A stretch of DNA of 18,312 bases from an uncultured Spirochaetota bacterium (lineage in GTDB: Bacteria; Spirochaetota; Spirochaetia; SZUA-6; Fen-1364): the NCBI GenBank assembly GCA_963745235.1, contig CAVUXE010000063.1, forward strand, positions 1 to 18,312. The letters are read 5' to 3'. Below are positions 17,614-18,312 of the stretch, one piece after another. The stretch's first letter is position 1. Each line of letters starts with the position of its first letter. Below the pieces are notes generated by a model. It searched no databases and had not been told where the DNA came from. It saw nothing but the letters and a program-made list of their open reading frames with translations. Position numbers and translations under genes: made by a program.

Positions 17614-17989
17614 GTAAGCGCTAATTGATCCCCACCCTGGCTCTACGGCGGGTCAAAGTGCGTGTTTGTGGAAGTCCGCCTGGTCCAAGTTCGCAGGTGT
17701 CAGCGCCAGATAATCCTCGCGGCTCTTGGCGAGGGGCAGTTTCGTGAACAGGTACCTCAGATAGCGGTAAGGCTCGATTCCGTTGGCTTTCGCCGTCTGA
17801 ATCAGGCTGTAGAGGGTGGCGCTGGCATGTGCTCCGCACGGCGAGCCGCTGAAAAGCCAGTTCCGTCGACCGACGACGAACGGACGGATGGCGTTCTCTA
17901 CCATATTTGTGTCAGGGGTCAGGTGCGGGCTGTCCAGATAGCGCAGCAGCTTCTCCCACTGAGTCAGCGAATAGTGCACCGCCTTGCCC
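17614..17989 (-). mobile_element. IS66-family element, right end only
   Basis: Terminal GTAAGCG (plus strand 17614), typical of IS66 inverted repeats, ~40 bp beyond the tnpC stop. Confidence 0.85.
17653..17988 (-). pseudogene. tnpC: IS66 TnpC transposase C-terminal fragment
   Basis: GKAVHY.L.QW, DTNMVENAIRPFVVGRRNWLFSGS, YSLIQTAKANGIEPYRYL. Confidence 0.92.
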
Positions 17990-18312
17990 CGGTTTCTCCC
18001 CGGGACACGCCTGGCTGCAGACGGCGCGCGCCGCCGGCTGCACCTGCCTCGGCGAGCTCGACTTCGCGTCGCTTTTCTGGCGTGGCCGGCTCATTGCCAT
18101 CACCGGCACCAACGGCAAGACCACGCTCACCGAGTTTCTCACCCACGCGCTCGCGGCGTCGGGCGAGGACGCCTACGCGGTCGGCAATGTCGGGTTTCCG
18201 TTCAGCCGTCTCATCACCTTCAAGCGCGATCCGGGCGAGGACTCGGTCGCCCTCTGCGAGGTGAGTTCATTTCAGGCCGAGACGCTGCGGCATTTCCAGG
18301 CGAGCGATGCGT
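17986..18312 (+). CDS. murD: UDP-N-acetylmuramoyl-L-alanine--D-glutamate ligase, internal fragment (no 5' part; runs off the window)
   Basis: My translation (codons from 17988): PGFSPGHAWLQTARAAGCTCLGELDFASLFWRGRLIAITGTNGKTTLTEF...VGNVGFP...CEVSSFQAE. Not in the ORF track. Confidence 0.9.

Overview
This window looks like a decaying integron gene-cassette array with no integrase in view (CALIN-like). About 20 short, functionally unrelated genes lie almost entirely on the minus strand: DinB, PaiB, cysteine synthase, DUF3052, VOC x2, TMEM175, DUF3916, SAM methyltransferase, DUF3788, SnoaL, DUF4180, OsmC, RsgA, a sensor-less histidine kinase, a nitroreductase and a repeat lipoprotein. One TlpA gene is on the plus strand. 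The genes are separated by a family of ~116-123 bp attC-like imperfect inverted repeats. These are clearest at the right (16559-16674, 15503-15618, 14376-14498) and increasingly eroded leftwards. The two ends of individual cassettes are complementary, in places over 12-15 bp, as expected for integrase-inserted circles. Four cassette genes are disrupted, IS21 and ISAzo13 remnants sit mid-array, and an IS66 end is inserted inside the rightmost attC. At ~17987 the IS66 transposase is joined abruptly to an internal, higher-GC murD fragment, a possible assembly chimera. All family assignments are by motif recognition, without database searches.
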